From an uncultured virus (IMG/VR IMGVR_UViG_3300029258_004075) (Duplodnaviria; Heunggongvirae; Uroviricota; Caudoviricetes): a stretch of DNA of 64,000 nt. Shown one piece after another: positions 9,622-19,413 of this stretch. Position 1 is the stretch's first letter; each line of letters opens with the position of its first letter. Position numbers and translations under genes: made by a program. The stretch lies in the IMG/VR virus record IMGVR_UViG_3300029258_004075; one strand, 5' to 3'. Under the pieces are notes generated by a model. That model worked only from the letters and a program-made list of their open reading frames with translations, made no database searches and had not been told where the DNA came from.

Positions 9622-10398
9622 ATGCCAAACCCTAAAGACCCAACAAAGTTTGAACAATACAGAAAAAAACAATCTGAAAATGCAAAAGAGCGTTGGAAAA
9701 ATCCTGCTTATAGAAAAAGAATGATTGAAGCGATAAAAAAAGTAAAACAAAACCCTTTGCATAGAAAAAAATTGTCTCTTGCACAAAAAAAAGCACATCC
9801 AGTAGACCCAAAGAAACATGAAACAAAAAAGTGCCCTATTTGTGGGGAGATGTTTTCAGAATATAAATCTAATCATAGAATATTTTGTTCGAGAAAATGT
9901 TATAAAGTTGACTTTACAAATAGACATGCTAAAAAGTTTTCGGCTCTAGGAGTACAAAAAAGGAAACAAATTTTACAGCGAATGACAAAGAAAGAGAGAG
10001 AAGAATATATAAAAAAATTAATTATACCTACAGGTCAAATCAAGCCAACTTCTTTAGAGAGAAAAATGAAAAAAATTATACAAAAATATCATCTAAGTTA
10101 TAAATATGTTGGCGATTTTAGTTTTATGATTGAAAGAAAAAATCCTGATTTTATTAATACTAATGGACAAAAAATATGTATAGAGGTAAGACATAAGGAT
10201 GTTTGTAAATACTTGGACAAAATAACACCACAACAGTATGTTATTGATAGAGGTAATTCTTTCAAAAAATATGGATGGCATTGTTTGGTATTCTTTAATG
10301 ATGATTTAGAAGAGGAAGAAGATGTTATTAGTAAAATTAGAATATTTGAAAATTATGTGAGAGCGAATTATAATGAAGCAAAAAAGAACAAAAGCTAA
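9622..10398 (+). mobile_element. Free-standing homing-endonuclease-like gene (NUMOD3-like + Zn finger + Vsr/DUF559-like domain)
   Basis: K-rich repeats, CPICG..F...FCSRKC, PTSLE...KNPDFI...IEV...GW; abuts queC stop. Confidence 0.7.
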
Positions 10399-10699
10399 AA
10401 AGCATAGACCTAAAAGAGACATCACGTATAACACAGAAAAAAGACAGGTGCAAGATGCTTGGAAGAAGACAAGAATGTGTATCAAACGCTTAACAAAGAA
10501 AGGAATCAAAACAACAAAAGAAAATATTATAAAGCATACAACCTGCTTTGTTAACGAAGATGGAACAATAAAGAATCGGTTATGGAATGCGATGATTAAG
10601 CATTATAGTAAAGGTAACCTAGTAACCAGAACATATAAGCACTTTACCACATATCATTTGGCTGGATACGAACCTAACCTTGATACGTGGACAAAATAA
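10373..10699 (+). CDS. Hypothetical basic protein
   Basis: ORF in operon, ends PNLDTWTK. Confidence 0.5.
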   Translation: MKQKRTKAKKHRPKRDITYNTEKRQVQDAWKKTRMCIKRLTKKGIKTTKENIIKHTTCFVNEDGTIKNRLWNAMIKHYSKGNLVTRTYKHFTTYHLAGYEPNLDTWTK

Positions 10700-10729
10700 A
10701 TCTCAATCACTTGAGGTGGTGAGCAAAAG

Positions 10730-11326
10730 ATGGAAATGAAAGATTGTAGAAAAGATTTAAAAGACAACGAGAAAATTCAAGACGCTGTTAAAGTTCTCCT
10801 AGAGGAAATAGGAGAAGACCCAAAACGAGAAGGATTAGTAAGAACTCCATACCGAGTTGCAAAGGCATACGAAGAATGGTTTTCAGGATATGATTTCACC
10901 GCAAAGGATGTACTTAACCGTCAATTCACGGAATCATGTGGTATTGTGGTAGAAGGACCAATATCATTCTTTAGCCATTGCGAACATCACATTGCACCTT
11001 TCTATGGAAATGCATATATTGCCTATATTCCAGACAAGCACGTTACCGGCTTAGACAAACTTGTAAAATTGGTCGAAATATATTCTCGACGGCTGCAAAT
11101 TCAAGAGCGCTTAACTCAACAAATAGCAGACGGTTTGTATGATACTCTCGACTGTAAAGGAGTTATGGTAGTGGTTGTCGCTAAGCACTTGTGTGTTTGT
11201 AGTAGAGAAACCCGTAACGCTTCATCAAACACTGTGACCAGTGAAGTCCGTGGTATACTTGACGATGATTTAGGAGCAAGAAACGAAACACTTAAATTAA
11301 TGGATATTAGTAAGGAAATCAAATAA
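10730..11326 (+). CDS. folE: GTP cyclohydrolase I
   Basis: GEDP.REGL..TP.RVA, SHCEHH, RRLQIQERLT, HLC. Confidence 0.96.
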   Translation: MEMKDCRKDLKDNEKIQDAVKVLLEEIGEDPKREGLVRTPYRVAKAYEEWFSGYDFTAKDVLNRQFTESCGIVVEGPISFFSHCEHHIAPFYGNAYIAYIPDKHVTGLDKLVKLVEIYSRRLQIQERLTQQIADGLYDTLDCKGVMVVVVAKHLCVCSRETRNASSNTVTSEVRGILDDDLGARNETLKLMDISKEIK

Positions 11327-11336
11327 AGGTGAAAAA

Positions 11337-11762
11337 ATGACGAAAGATAATATACCAGAACCAGAGGATTATAAGGACCTTCAAGAAGGAATCAAAGACC
11401 TGAAAATAGAACCAGGTCTAAAAGCATTTGAGAATAAATATCAAGGTGAAGACTACTGGACAACCTTCCATACAAGTGAATTCAATGCTGTTTGTCCAAG
11501 GACTGGTTTACCCGACTTTGCAGAGATAGAACTGTCATACATTCCTGATAAACTACTCCTGGAATCAAAAGCAATGAAATTATATCTAACTGCTTATCGA
11601 AACGTGGGAATCTTTCACGAGCACGCTATAAACAAAATCTTTAGTGATTTTATTGATGTTGTAAAGCCGAAGCAAGCAGTTATCATCGGTCACTTTCACG
11701 CTCGTGGTGGAATTGATATCGAGGTGCAAAGAACATACGTAAGCCCTGACTTAGAAGAATAA
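11337..11762 (+). CDS. queF: NADPH-dependent preQ0 reductase, unimodular QueF
   Basis: EF..VCP.TG.PDFA, QueF motif ESKAMKLYL, FHE, RGGI. Confidence 0.9.
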   Translation: MTKDNIPEPEDYKDLQEGIKDLKIEPGLKAFENKYQGEDYWTTFHTSEFNAVCPRTGLPDFAEIELSYIPDKLLLESKAMKLYLTAYRNVGIFHEHAINKIFSDFIDVVKPKQAVIIGHFHARGGIDIEVQRTYVSPDLEE

Positions 11763-11772
11763 ACATCATAAA

Positions 11773-11872
11773 TGTGTGTGATTGCAAGAAATGGGCAATT
11801 TAATAAACCTTCGTTGGTTTCGCATATTTTCACCTCGCTTGGTGAATTTCTCACTTGAAACAATCACACACA
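11773..11872. ncRNA. Candidate structured RNA (multibranch) between queF and the TGT-like gene
   Basis: 12-bp perfect inverted repeat tgtgtgtgattg/caatcacacaca enclosing hairpins aaacc-ttcgtt-ggttt and ttcacc-tcgctt-ggtgaa. Confidence 0.45.
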
Positions 11873-11894
11873 ACTATTACATAAGGAGAATGAC

Positions 11895-13220
11895 ATGAAA
11901 TATATACCAGCATCAAGTTTTGCCGTGTTGAACCTAACCGGTAAAGACGACAGAAAATTATATAGCGAGTATCACAAAAGTCCGAATTGGTGGGAACCAA
12001 ATTCATTTTTTAAGCATAATACTATGTTGATAACAGCATTTTATGGAATGAATGACCCAGACTTTAGAGAAAAGTATCGCATACCTAGAAAAGGATTTGA
12101 ATTAATGGGCGACTCGGGCGGTTTTCAACAGTACAAAGGTGACCGTGGTTTAGACCCTTTAAAAGTGCTTCGTTGGCAAGAGCACAACTGTGATATAGGT
12201 TTCTCATTAGATTTTCCACTACTATCCAGCGACGACATGAGATTAGTCCGTGCAAAGAACAAAATTAACATCAAAAACATTAACGACATGATTCCAAAAA
12301 GAGAAAATCACGACATGGGGTTCTATGCTTGTACTCACGGTTGGACAGAACAGCAAATAAGAGATGTCCATAAACAATTACCACACGACCAAATTGATGG
12401 GTGGGGTATTGGAGAATGCTCAGCATCGGATGACACACCAATAGGAATCATGCGGAGGATAGCGTTAGAATCCACATTAAATGTAAATAAGAAAAGAATG
12501 CACATTCTCGGTTGTTGTTCTCCTATTATGATTGGTTTTCTTGCGCTCGTAGAAGAAAAAGAAGGCATACCAATATCATATGATTCTACGGCATACTCGA
12601 ACGGAGCAATGTATCGTTGGTATCACATTGACGGTGAGAAACGAGACAAGTATAGAATCACTGCAAACGAAGAGAAGATAAGTGAAAATCATAGACAGCT
12701 GGATGAAGCAGTTGTAGGAGAGATTAAGCCTATACCTGCAGGAGAAATAGAAGAATTATCTTGCGACTGTCCTGTTTGCACCCAATCAAACTTCCAGGAC
12801 ATGTTAGGAAGTGATAGTGAGGCAGGTACACTGATTAGTCTTCACAACATGTATAAAGAAGTACAGTTGAACGATAAATACACGAAAATGGCACAAGAAG
12901 GAACACTTATTGACCATTTACAAGAAAAGTTCGACAATTGGAAATACAGAAAAATGATTAAGGTAATTCGTGATTACTATCGAATGGATACGCAAGACTT
13001 TGTAAAAACGAAAGCGTATAAAAATAAGTATTATGCATCAAGGACAGGTAATTTGGATATTTGGACTGGTGATGATAAACCTGTTCAGATATTGAAGGCA
13101 AAAAAGCAGTTTGAAAAGCCAAAAACTAAAAAGAAAAAGGCTGTTAAGAAAGAAAAGAAGAAGGAGAACAAAGTAGAAGAGAAAGAACAAGAGATAACAG
13201 AAGAATACTTTGATGTCTGA
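11895..13220 (+). CDS. dpdA: TGT-family transglycosylase, probably DpdA-like DNA-guanine transglycosylase
   Basis: DSGGFQ, SLDFP, HILG, SYDST, Zn site CDCPVC-x21-H; immediately downstream of the preQ1 genes. Confidence 0.75.
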   Translation: MKYIPASSFAVLNLTGKDDRKLYSEYHKSPNWWEPNSFFKHNTMLITAFYGMNDPDFREKYRIPRKGFELMGDSGGFQQYKGDRGLDPLKVLRWQEHNCDIGFSLDFPLLSSDDMRLVRAKNKINIKNINDMIPKRENHDMGFYACTHGWTEQQIRDVHKQLPHDQIDGWGIGECSASDDTPIGIMRRIALESTLNVNKKRMHILGCCSPIMIGFLALVEEKEGIPISYDSTAYSNGAMYRWYHIDGEKRDKYRITANEEKISENHRQLDEAVVGEIKPIPAGEIEELSCDCPVCTQSNFQDMLGSDSEAGTLISLHNMYKEVQLNDKYTKMAQEGTLIDHLQEKFDNWKYRKMIKVIRDYYRMDTQDFVKTKAYKNKYYASRTGNLDIWTGDDKPVQILKAKKQFEKPKTKKKKAVKKEKKKENKVEEKEQEITEEYFDV

Positions 13221-13598
13221 TATTATGAGCAAGTATGTTGTTTTTAGGGATAAAAAAGCATTTGTAGGAACAGTTGAGGATAAAGAAGGAAAAAATGTTC
13301 TTTTTAGCCCCTTGAAAGGAGAAGCATTCTGGATACATTACAAAAAATTAAGAGTATACAAAGAAGGAGCATGAAATGTTTCACGAGATACAGATAGCAT
13401 TAGTAGTCTATAGAATCATGAAATATAAAGGATGGTTATAATGAAAGCACACCACAGTGAAAAGAGCGCAGTACTAGAAGTAGACATTGATATGATATCT
13501 GTTCTTGAAATGAAGGTTCTCCTGCACAACTATATTGGATATGTTGATGGAGACAAGAGGAAACTTAGATTGTTCCTTAATATAAAGGAGAAGCGAGC

Positions 13599-13913
13599 AT
13601 GAGAATAACAGTCAAACAGCGATTAAGACAATTCAAAATAATACATTTCATATCCTTTTTATTCTTTGTCTCTTCTTTAACAGCACTCCTTATCCTTTCC
13701 ATCCTCGACATTATCACGACACTGACACAAGTATTCATTACATTTTTCTTACTTATACTGTTTTTATCAATCAAAAAAGTAATTAGAGGAAAAGCAGAAC
13801 TCCTCATCTTGCATACAAAGAATAAACTGCTTAAAGAATATGTAGAAAAAATTAATGGCGAGAAAGAACATGCCGAAACAGAACAAACCAAAAACACCAA
13901 AAGAGTTGGCTGA
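13599..13913 (+). CDS. 2-TM hypothetical protein
   Basis: Two hydrophobic segments. Confidence 0.5.
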   Translation: MRITVKQRLRQFKIIHFISFLFFVSSLTALLILSILDIITTLTQVFITFFLLILFLSIKKVIRGKAELLILHTKNKLLKEYVEKINGEKEHAETEQTKNTKRVG

Positions 13914-14071
13914 AAAAGAAGAAAAAAGATAAGTAAAGACCTCAGTCAGATTAGCAAAAACCTCATAGTATGCCAATATATTGTATGCATTCTGTCCATC
14001 TACAAAAGGATGGTTTCTTGTGAGTTCCATCCTTGCTAATCTGGAGGATATCTTTACATATCGAGGATACA

Positions 14072-14266
14072 ATGAACACATATCAAAAATGTAGAGAATA
14101 CGATATACACTATTGCTGTTTCAAATGTAAGTTCAGTTGTAAGAAGCCATTCGCAGATTGGTCAAGAAATGTTCCTTGTTACGAATTCTGTCAATACTAC
14201 GAAGAACCAGAATATCCTGAGCAAGCAAAGATAAAAAGGTGGTTAAAGTTACATGAGAAGCGATGA
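14072..14266 (+). CDS. Cys-rich hypothetical protein
   Basis: C...CCFKC...C...C..FC; ATG after GAGG. Confidence 0.45.
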   Translation: MNTYQKCREYDIHYCCFKCKFSCKKPFADWSRNVPCYEFCQYYEEPEYPEQAKIKRWLKLHEKR

Positions 14267-14374
14267 TGAATTAGTATGTAAACACTGCGGTTTCATCAAA
14301 TCAAGATGTAATATGTTCAACAAAAATATTTGCATCACCTGTCAACAGAAAAAACTAAATAAGGAGAACAAACA

Positions 14375-14905
14375 ATGAAGCAACTGAAAATTGGATTTAC
14401 CGGTACGCATGGAACAGGAAAGACAACGGCAGCATTCATTTTAGCATCACAATTAAAGAAGAAAGGATACGATGTTCAAGTTCTTTCTAATACAGCACGT
14501 TCTGCTCCATTACATCTTCCTATAAATGAGGAAGCAACGAAGGAATCACAATTATGGATTTTTTCTAAAATGCTTAAACAAGAACTAGAATCAAAATCAC
14601 AAATCGTTATCTGTGACAGAACATTATTGGACGTTCTAGCGTATACAAAGAACGCTTGTAGTACAACCGCTGAGCAATTGGAGACCTTCGTCCGTAGATA
14701 TATGACAACCTATGATGTTATCTTTTATATGTATCCAAGAGAATCGTATCTCAAGGATGATGGAAGAAGGAGTATAAACCTGTCATTCCAGAAAAAAATA
14801 GAAGAAATAATTGACCAATACATCACCTCAATGCACATCCCAGCATTGGATAAAACGGAGGAAGAGCAAGAGGAAAAAATATTATCTCTTCTAGGGAGTA
14901 AATGA
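14375..14905 (+). CDS. P-loop nucleotide-kinase-like ATPase (AAA_28/NadR/dNMP kinase-like)
   Basis: GTHGTGKTT, ICDRTLLD, DDGRR. Confidence 0.75.
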   Translation: MKQLKIGFTGTHGTGKTTAAFILASQLKKKGYDVQVLSNTARSAPLHLPINEEATKESQLWIFSKMLKQELESKSQIVICDRTLLDVLAYTKNACSTTAEQLETFVRRYMTTYDVIFYMYPRESYLKDDGRRSINLSFQKKIEEIIDQYITSMHIPALDKTEEEQEEKILSLLGSK

Positions 14906-14906
14906 A

Positions 14907-15350
14907 ATGGAAACATCACACCTACTAAAATACATAGTTGTATATGAGATTATTCTTGCCGTGATATTTGTAGGGGCTTTCCTTTTCTTTGGAGAAGAAC
15001 AGCAACAAGAGTCAGTGTATAAAAATGCTGAAGAAACAACATATGGACAATTATCAATGAATCTTGATGAAGGTCGTTGTGTTGATGAACTTTCTTTTAA
15101 CATTACAGATTATGGATTAAAAGATTCAAGAATATATATCATCCTTTTTCCTGAAGAAGAGAGAGAATATAGAAAGGAACTTATACAAGGACAAAATGTA
15201 ACCATTAGTGATGCTCCATTTTTACCAATTAACGAATCCACCGTAATCCCCTATCAAATATTGATAATGACGGATAGTGATATAGATGGGGGAACATATA
15301 TTGGTGGAAATATGACATTTAGAGTACGTGATAAAGATGATAATGTGTGA
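14907..15350 (+). CDS. Membrane-anchored hypothetical protein
   Basis: N-terminal TM, sequon-rich ectodomain. Confidence 0.5.
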   Translation: METSHLLKYIVVYEIILAVIFVGAFLFFGEEQQQESVYKNAEETTYGQLSMNLDEGRCVDELSFNITDYGLKDSRIYIILFPEEEREYRKELIQGQNVTISDAPFLPINESTVIPYQILIMTDSDIDGGTYIGGNMTFRVRDKDDNV

Positions 15351-15478
15351 TATCTGCGAGAAAGGAAAAGCGAAAGTATTCAAGTTTGAAGATGGTAAGA
15401 TGATTAGAATGTGTATTGACTGCTATAGAAGACGGAGTGCACAGCAATACAATTACAAAGGGAAACTTCCGACTGACC

Positions 15479-15718
15479 ATGAATAAGAAACTCCTCTTTT
15501 CCATTATCAAGATTAGTGGAACAGTATTAATGTTCTTCATAACCTTGGACATGTACGTTATTGTTTTTCATGCATGGATGTACGGTCATAGCGTAAACGT
15601 AGAATTCAATGCTTTTGCAGAAGCACAAGTTGAATATGTTCTCTTTGCATTAGCATTTCCTGTTATTATAGCATCACTTATCCTTCGCGTGAGAGACTTT
15701 AGAAGAAAGAGAGAATAA
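15479..15718 (+). CDS. 2-TM hypothetical protein
   Basis: Two hydrophobic helices, basic tail. Confidence 0.5.
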   Translation: MNKKLLFSIIKISGTVLMFFITLDMYVIVFHAWMYGHSVNVEFNAFAEAQVEYVLFALAFPVIIASLILRVRDFRRKRE

Positions 15719-15771
15719 ATTCAAAACCTTTAAAAATAACAAACCATTTATCATATTAGAAGGTGTGAGGA

Positions 15772-15993
15772 ATGAGCAATATAGATGACTTTGGTAAAGA
15801 TTTTAGACAGACAGGAACAGTTTATCTTAAGGAACAAGTATTAAACGCGACATATAAAAGATACAAAGGAGAAATCAAATATTTTACGAATTTTGTTCGC
15901 GTGAGAACAAAAGAAAAGAAAACAGTTGATATTCCATACACTAACATAAACATCATCGAGATAAACGAAAACCCTTCGTTAGAGAGATATTGA
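15772..15993 (+). CDS. Small beta-rich protein, possibly Sm/Hfq-like fold
   Basis: TVYL...KGEIKYFTNFVRV...VDIPYTNINIIEI pattern; own TATA promoter at about 15728. Confidence 0.35.
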   Translation: MSNIDDFGKDFRQTGTVYLKEQVLNATYKRYKGEIKYFTNFVRVRTKEKKTVDIPYTNINIIEINENPSLERY

Positions 15994-16042
15994 GATTTAG
16001 GTGATATCGGGTGAATGGTATTGATAGGAGGAGTATTCTAAA

Positions 16043-16729
16043 ATGACAAAAGGGGAGAGTGCAAAACAAAACGCAGCAATTTACATTCGTGTTTCTACTG
16101 CAGAGCAAACGGAAGAGAGCCAGGTAGAACCTTGTAGAGAGTTTTGTGAACAGAAAGGGTATAATGTTATAGGTGTATATGCCGACCATGCTCGTTCTGC
16201 CTATAAAACTGTTAGAAGGAAAAAATACGAAGAAGTTATGGAGTTAGTTAAAAAAAGAAAGATTAAACATGTTATAGTATGGGCTTTAGATAGATGGACT
16301 CGTAGAGGACCACAAGAACTGAAGAGCAATATAGAATATCTTGCCACGTGTGGTGTTCAAATTCACTCAGTAAAAGAACAGTGGTTAGAAAGTATCAACC
16401 TTCCAGGTTCTATAGGTATGGTCGTTAGAGATTTCTTCTTTGGTATGATAGCATGGATGGCTGAGGAAGAGTCTAAAAGAAAATCAGAAAGGGTACGGGA
16501 GAGCAAAAAATTTCAGAGTGCTAAGAAGAAAGGAACAGTTGGAAGACCTGGTTTACCGGAGAGGGCAAAAAAAGATATAATAAAATATCTAAAAGAAGGG
16601 AAAACATATGATTGGATTCATCAAAATGTTACCTACAAAATTAAGTACGGGAAGATAAAGCACGTAAGCCCAGCAACGATTAGCCAAATTAAGAAATCTA
16701 GGTTTAGAAATGGTGAAGGAAAAGATTAA
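16043..16729 (+). CDS. Serine recombinase (resolvase/invertase family)
   Basis: AAIYIRVSTAEQ, LDRWTR, AEEE..R.SER, GRP, C-terminal HTH. Confidence 0.9.
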   Translation: MTKGESAKQNAAIYIRVSTAEQTEESQVEPCREFCEQKGYNVIGVYADHARSAYKTVRRKKYEEVMELVKKRKIKHVIVWALDRWTRRGPQELKSNIEYLATCGVQIHSVKEQWLESINLPGSIGMVVRDFFFGMIAWMAEEESKRKSERVRESKKFQSAKKKGTVGRPGLPERAKKDIIKYLKEGKTYDWIHQNVTYKIKYGKIKHVSPATISQIKKSRFRNGEGKD

Positions 16730-16799
16730 CCTATTCAAACATCTCAAATCCACACTATGGTAAAGAGTGGTTAGATAAACAAACAAAGGACATGATATT

Positions 16800-19013
16800 A
16801 TGGATGTACCGCTAATAGTAGACCCAATCGTCAAATACGGAAAAGAGAAATTCAGGATATGGTATAATGGACAAGTGAAAGAAGTAGACTGTCCTCTCAA
16901 ACCATATTTTTATAGCGACAGAAAGTTAGGCATTGAAACAGCAGTAAAAGCAACAAAGGTAAAAGGAATAGCATTATCAGACTATATGGAAAAGACATTT
17001 TACAAATACGAGTTCCAAACAAGAGATGACCTGAAAAAAGCAAAAGGAGAGCATACCTTTGAAGACAATGTTCCTTTTATCCTTCGTCATCGTATCGATA
17101 TACCAAAAGTTTTCAGACGTTATCCACACAAAAACCCCATCAAATTTTTATTTCTAGATATAGAACAGTTCACTAAGGAGGGTGAAATGTTCCCAACATA
17201 TGACGACCGCATCACTGCTATATCCTGGTGTGGTAACAATAGAAATATCATGTGTGGTTACCTTAAGAAGGACACCATGTCGGATAGAAAACTTCTTGAT
17301 AAATTCCTTCAATGGTATGAAGACTATCAACCTGACGTTATTGTTTGTTATAATAAATCGTATGACATCGTCACTTTACTTAAAAGATGTCAAAAGAATA
17401 GAATAGATACAGCACGCTTTGCTAAATCAAATCAGAAACCATATATTGGAGGCAAAGCAGACATTCACATTGACGGTGTTGTTATTTACGATGCATTTGA
17501 ATCAGCACAAGCAGACCAATCATTGACAGGTAATGTAGTAAACCGTGGATTAAAAGAAGTATCAAACTGGTTTGGTTTTAAGGAGAAGAGAAAACCGTTA
17601 ACTCCTCAAGAAATGACTAAGTTTATAGGAACAAGAAAGCTTGTCGAATATAATAAGGATGATGTGCGTAGATTACTCACCGTATTCGATGTATATTGGA
17701 CAAACATAGAATTCAATGCTAATGATTTAAGTATTCCTTTGAGTGAAGCAATCTACATGAACATTACTGACCTTGGTCTCATTGTAGAGGGTGATGCGTT
17801 TCGTGAAAGAAACATCATAGCAGATGGAGCAAACGAAGATAGGTTTCCGGAAATCTTTAAAAGGAAAAAAGGAAAAGAAGAACCAAACTATCAAGGAGCC
17901 ATCGTTGACATCTATAGAACTGGTGTCTTTGAACCTGTCTTTAAAGCAGATTACTCTTCCATGTATCCTACCATCATGGCGTCCTTTAACTTATCACCTG
18001 ACACCACATCATTATTACATTATGCTCCTTTATCCGATTTTAAGATAGAAGAAGAAAAAGACTCCTTCATATATCATATTCCTGATGAAGCACTACAAAA
18101 GACAATGGTAATAAAGGTATCAAAGCAACCTGGTTTCGCTGCCGAAATCGTACAACGGTTCTTAGACGAAAGAGCAGAGTATAAGAAGGCATGGAAGCAA
18201 ACTGGTAATAAGAAGTTTAAAGCTCTATCCGACAATCGTAAGGTCAAGGCAAACGGTGGAATGTATGGTATACAAGGTTCTGCAAAGCACGCTTTTGGTT
18301 TTGCGCCTATCGCAATAGCCGTTACAGGAATAGGACGCCAGTGTGCCCAACTACTTATGGATGTATTAAACGAATTATCATCTAATTCCGTCATCGAAAC
18401 AGATACAGATGGTGTATATTATACAGCAGAAAACGTAAGTGAAGAGCAAGTGATTAAGCGATTCCAAAAAAGGTTAGAAGAAAAATTCCCTAAAAAACTT
18501 AAGCTCTCAATAGATGTAGACAGTTATGATAAAGGATATTTTTACAAAGCAAAGAATTATGTTCTCAAGAAAGGAGACAAACTCATCTTCCACGGTGGTG
18601 CTATGAAAGCAAGCAGCAAAAACGACCTTTCAAGAAACCTTATTTATGATTTAGCAGAAGCCAAGTTTAGCGAAGAGGATACAAAACCAATCATTCGCAG
18701 GTATAAACGGTTAGAGTTCCCATTAGAAGACTTCGCGATGAGTAAAAGGATGGGTATGCATTGGAAACAATATAAAAGACCTGAATCTACTATTGTCTGT
18801 CGGTTAGCAAAAGACGCGGAAGAATTTATGGGACGTAAACCTGAAATAGGTAATCAATACCATTACATTAAAGCACTACATGATTTCAAGTTATTAGAAG
18901 TTTCCACAAAGCAAGATATTGATAGAAAATACTACGAAAAGCAAATTGATAAGATAGTCAAAATGTTTGATATAGAACCTGCTGCTCCTTCTCTTAAGAA
19001 ATGGGGTATATAA
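16800..19013 (+). CDS. polB: Family B DNA polymerase with 3'-5' exonuclease
   Basis: LDIE, YN..YD, YNKDD, DYSSMYPT, K..ANG.YG, ETDTDG, KNY. Confidence 0.95.
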   Translation: MDVPLIVDPIVKYGKEKFRIWYNGQVKEVDCPLKPYFYSDRKLGIETAVKATKVKGIALSDYMEKTFYKYEFQTRDDLKKAKGEHTFEDNVPFILRHRIDIPKVFRRYPHKNPIKFLFLDIEQFTKEGEMFPTYDDRITAISWCGNNRNIMCGYLKKDTMSDRKLLDKFLQWYEDYQPDVIVCYNKSYDIVTLLKRCQKNRIDTARFAKSNQKPYIGGKADIHIDGVVIYDAFESAQADQSLTGNVVNRGLKEVSNWFGFKEKRKPLTPQEMTKFIGTRKLVEYNKDDVRRLLTVFDVYWTNIEFNANDLSIPLSEAIYMNITDLGLIVEGDAFRERNIIADGANEDRFPEIFKRKKGKEEPNYQGAIVDIYRTGVFEPVFKADYSSMYPTIMASFNLSPDTTSLLHYAPLSDFKIEEEKDSFIYHIPDEALQKTMVIKVSKQPGFAAEIVQRFLDERAEYKKAWKQTGNKKFKALSDNRKVKANGGMYGIQGSAKHAFGFAPIAIAVTGIGRQCAQLLMDVLNELSSNSVIETDTDGVYYTAENVSEEQVIKRFQKRLEEKFPKKLKLSIDVDSYDKGYFYKAKNYVLKKGDKLIFHGGAMKASSKNDLSRNLIYDLAEAKFSEEDTKPIIRRYKRLEFPLEDFAMSKRMGMHWKQYKRPESTIVCRLAKDAEEFMGRKPEIGNQYHYIKALHDFKLLEVSTKQDIDRKYYEKQIDKIVKMFDIEPAAPSLKKWGI

Positions 19014-19060
19014 GTTTAAATATCAAGAAATACATTGTATAACTAAAAGGAGAAAAAAAT

Positions 19061-19408
19061 ATGACAAATAAAAAAAGTCCTTTCAAAGTATACAAACCAA
19101 AAATGTATACTGAGGAAGATATCCACAGTGGTTGGAAAAGTAAAGGAAAGAAAACGGAACAATCAAACTTAGATGCTTTTGGTCTTAAAATGAATAAAGG
19201 AAAAAAGCGTTCCGGTAGTCTTAATCTTCCAAATCCACTAGGTATGAAGCAGGAACCACAACAAGAACCCGAACAGGAAGAAGAGGAAGAACCTTTCTGG
19301 TCAGCAGAGGAATGGGAGGATTGGGCAATTAGCATGTATGAAAATGTTAAAGAATCACGGAAGTATCTTCCTGAATGGGTAATCGAAATAATGGAAGAAA
19401 ACGAGTAG
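19061..19408 (+). CDS. Hypothetical protein
   Basis: TATA + RBS; QSNLDAF motif, acidic Trp-rich C-terminus. Confidence 0.55.
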   Translation: MTNKKSPFKVYKPKMYTEEDIHSGWKSKGKKTEQSNLDAFGLKMNKGKKRSGSLNLPNPLGMKQEPQQEPEQEEEEEPFWSAEEWEDWAISMYENVKESRKYLPEWVIEIMEENE

Positions 19409-19413
19409 GAAAT

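Noticed and set aside
11337..11762. QueF-like amidinotransferase making archaeosine (dG+)
   Set aside because: The QueF signature ESKAMKLY is intact, which points to the NADPH-dependent reductase; no ArcS or Gat-QueC is seen.
16043..16729. IS607 element
   Set aside because: Catalytic domain is N-terminal with a C-terminal HTH (resolvase order), and no TnpB follows.
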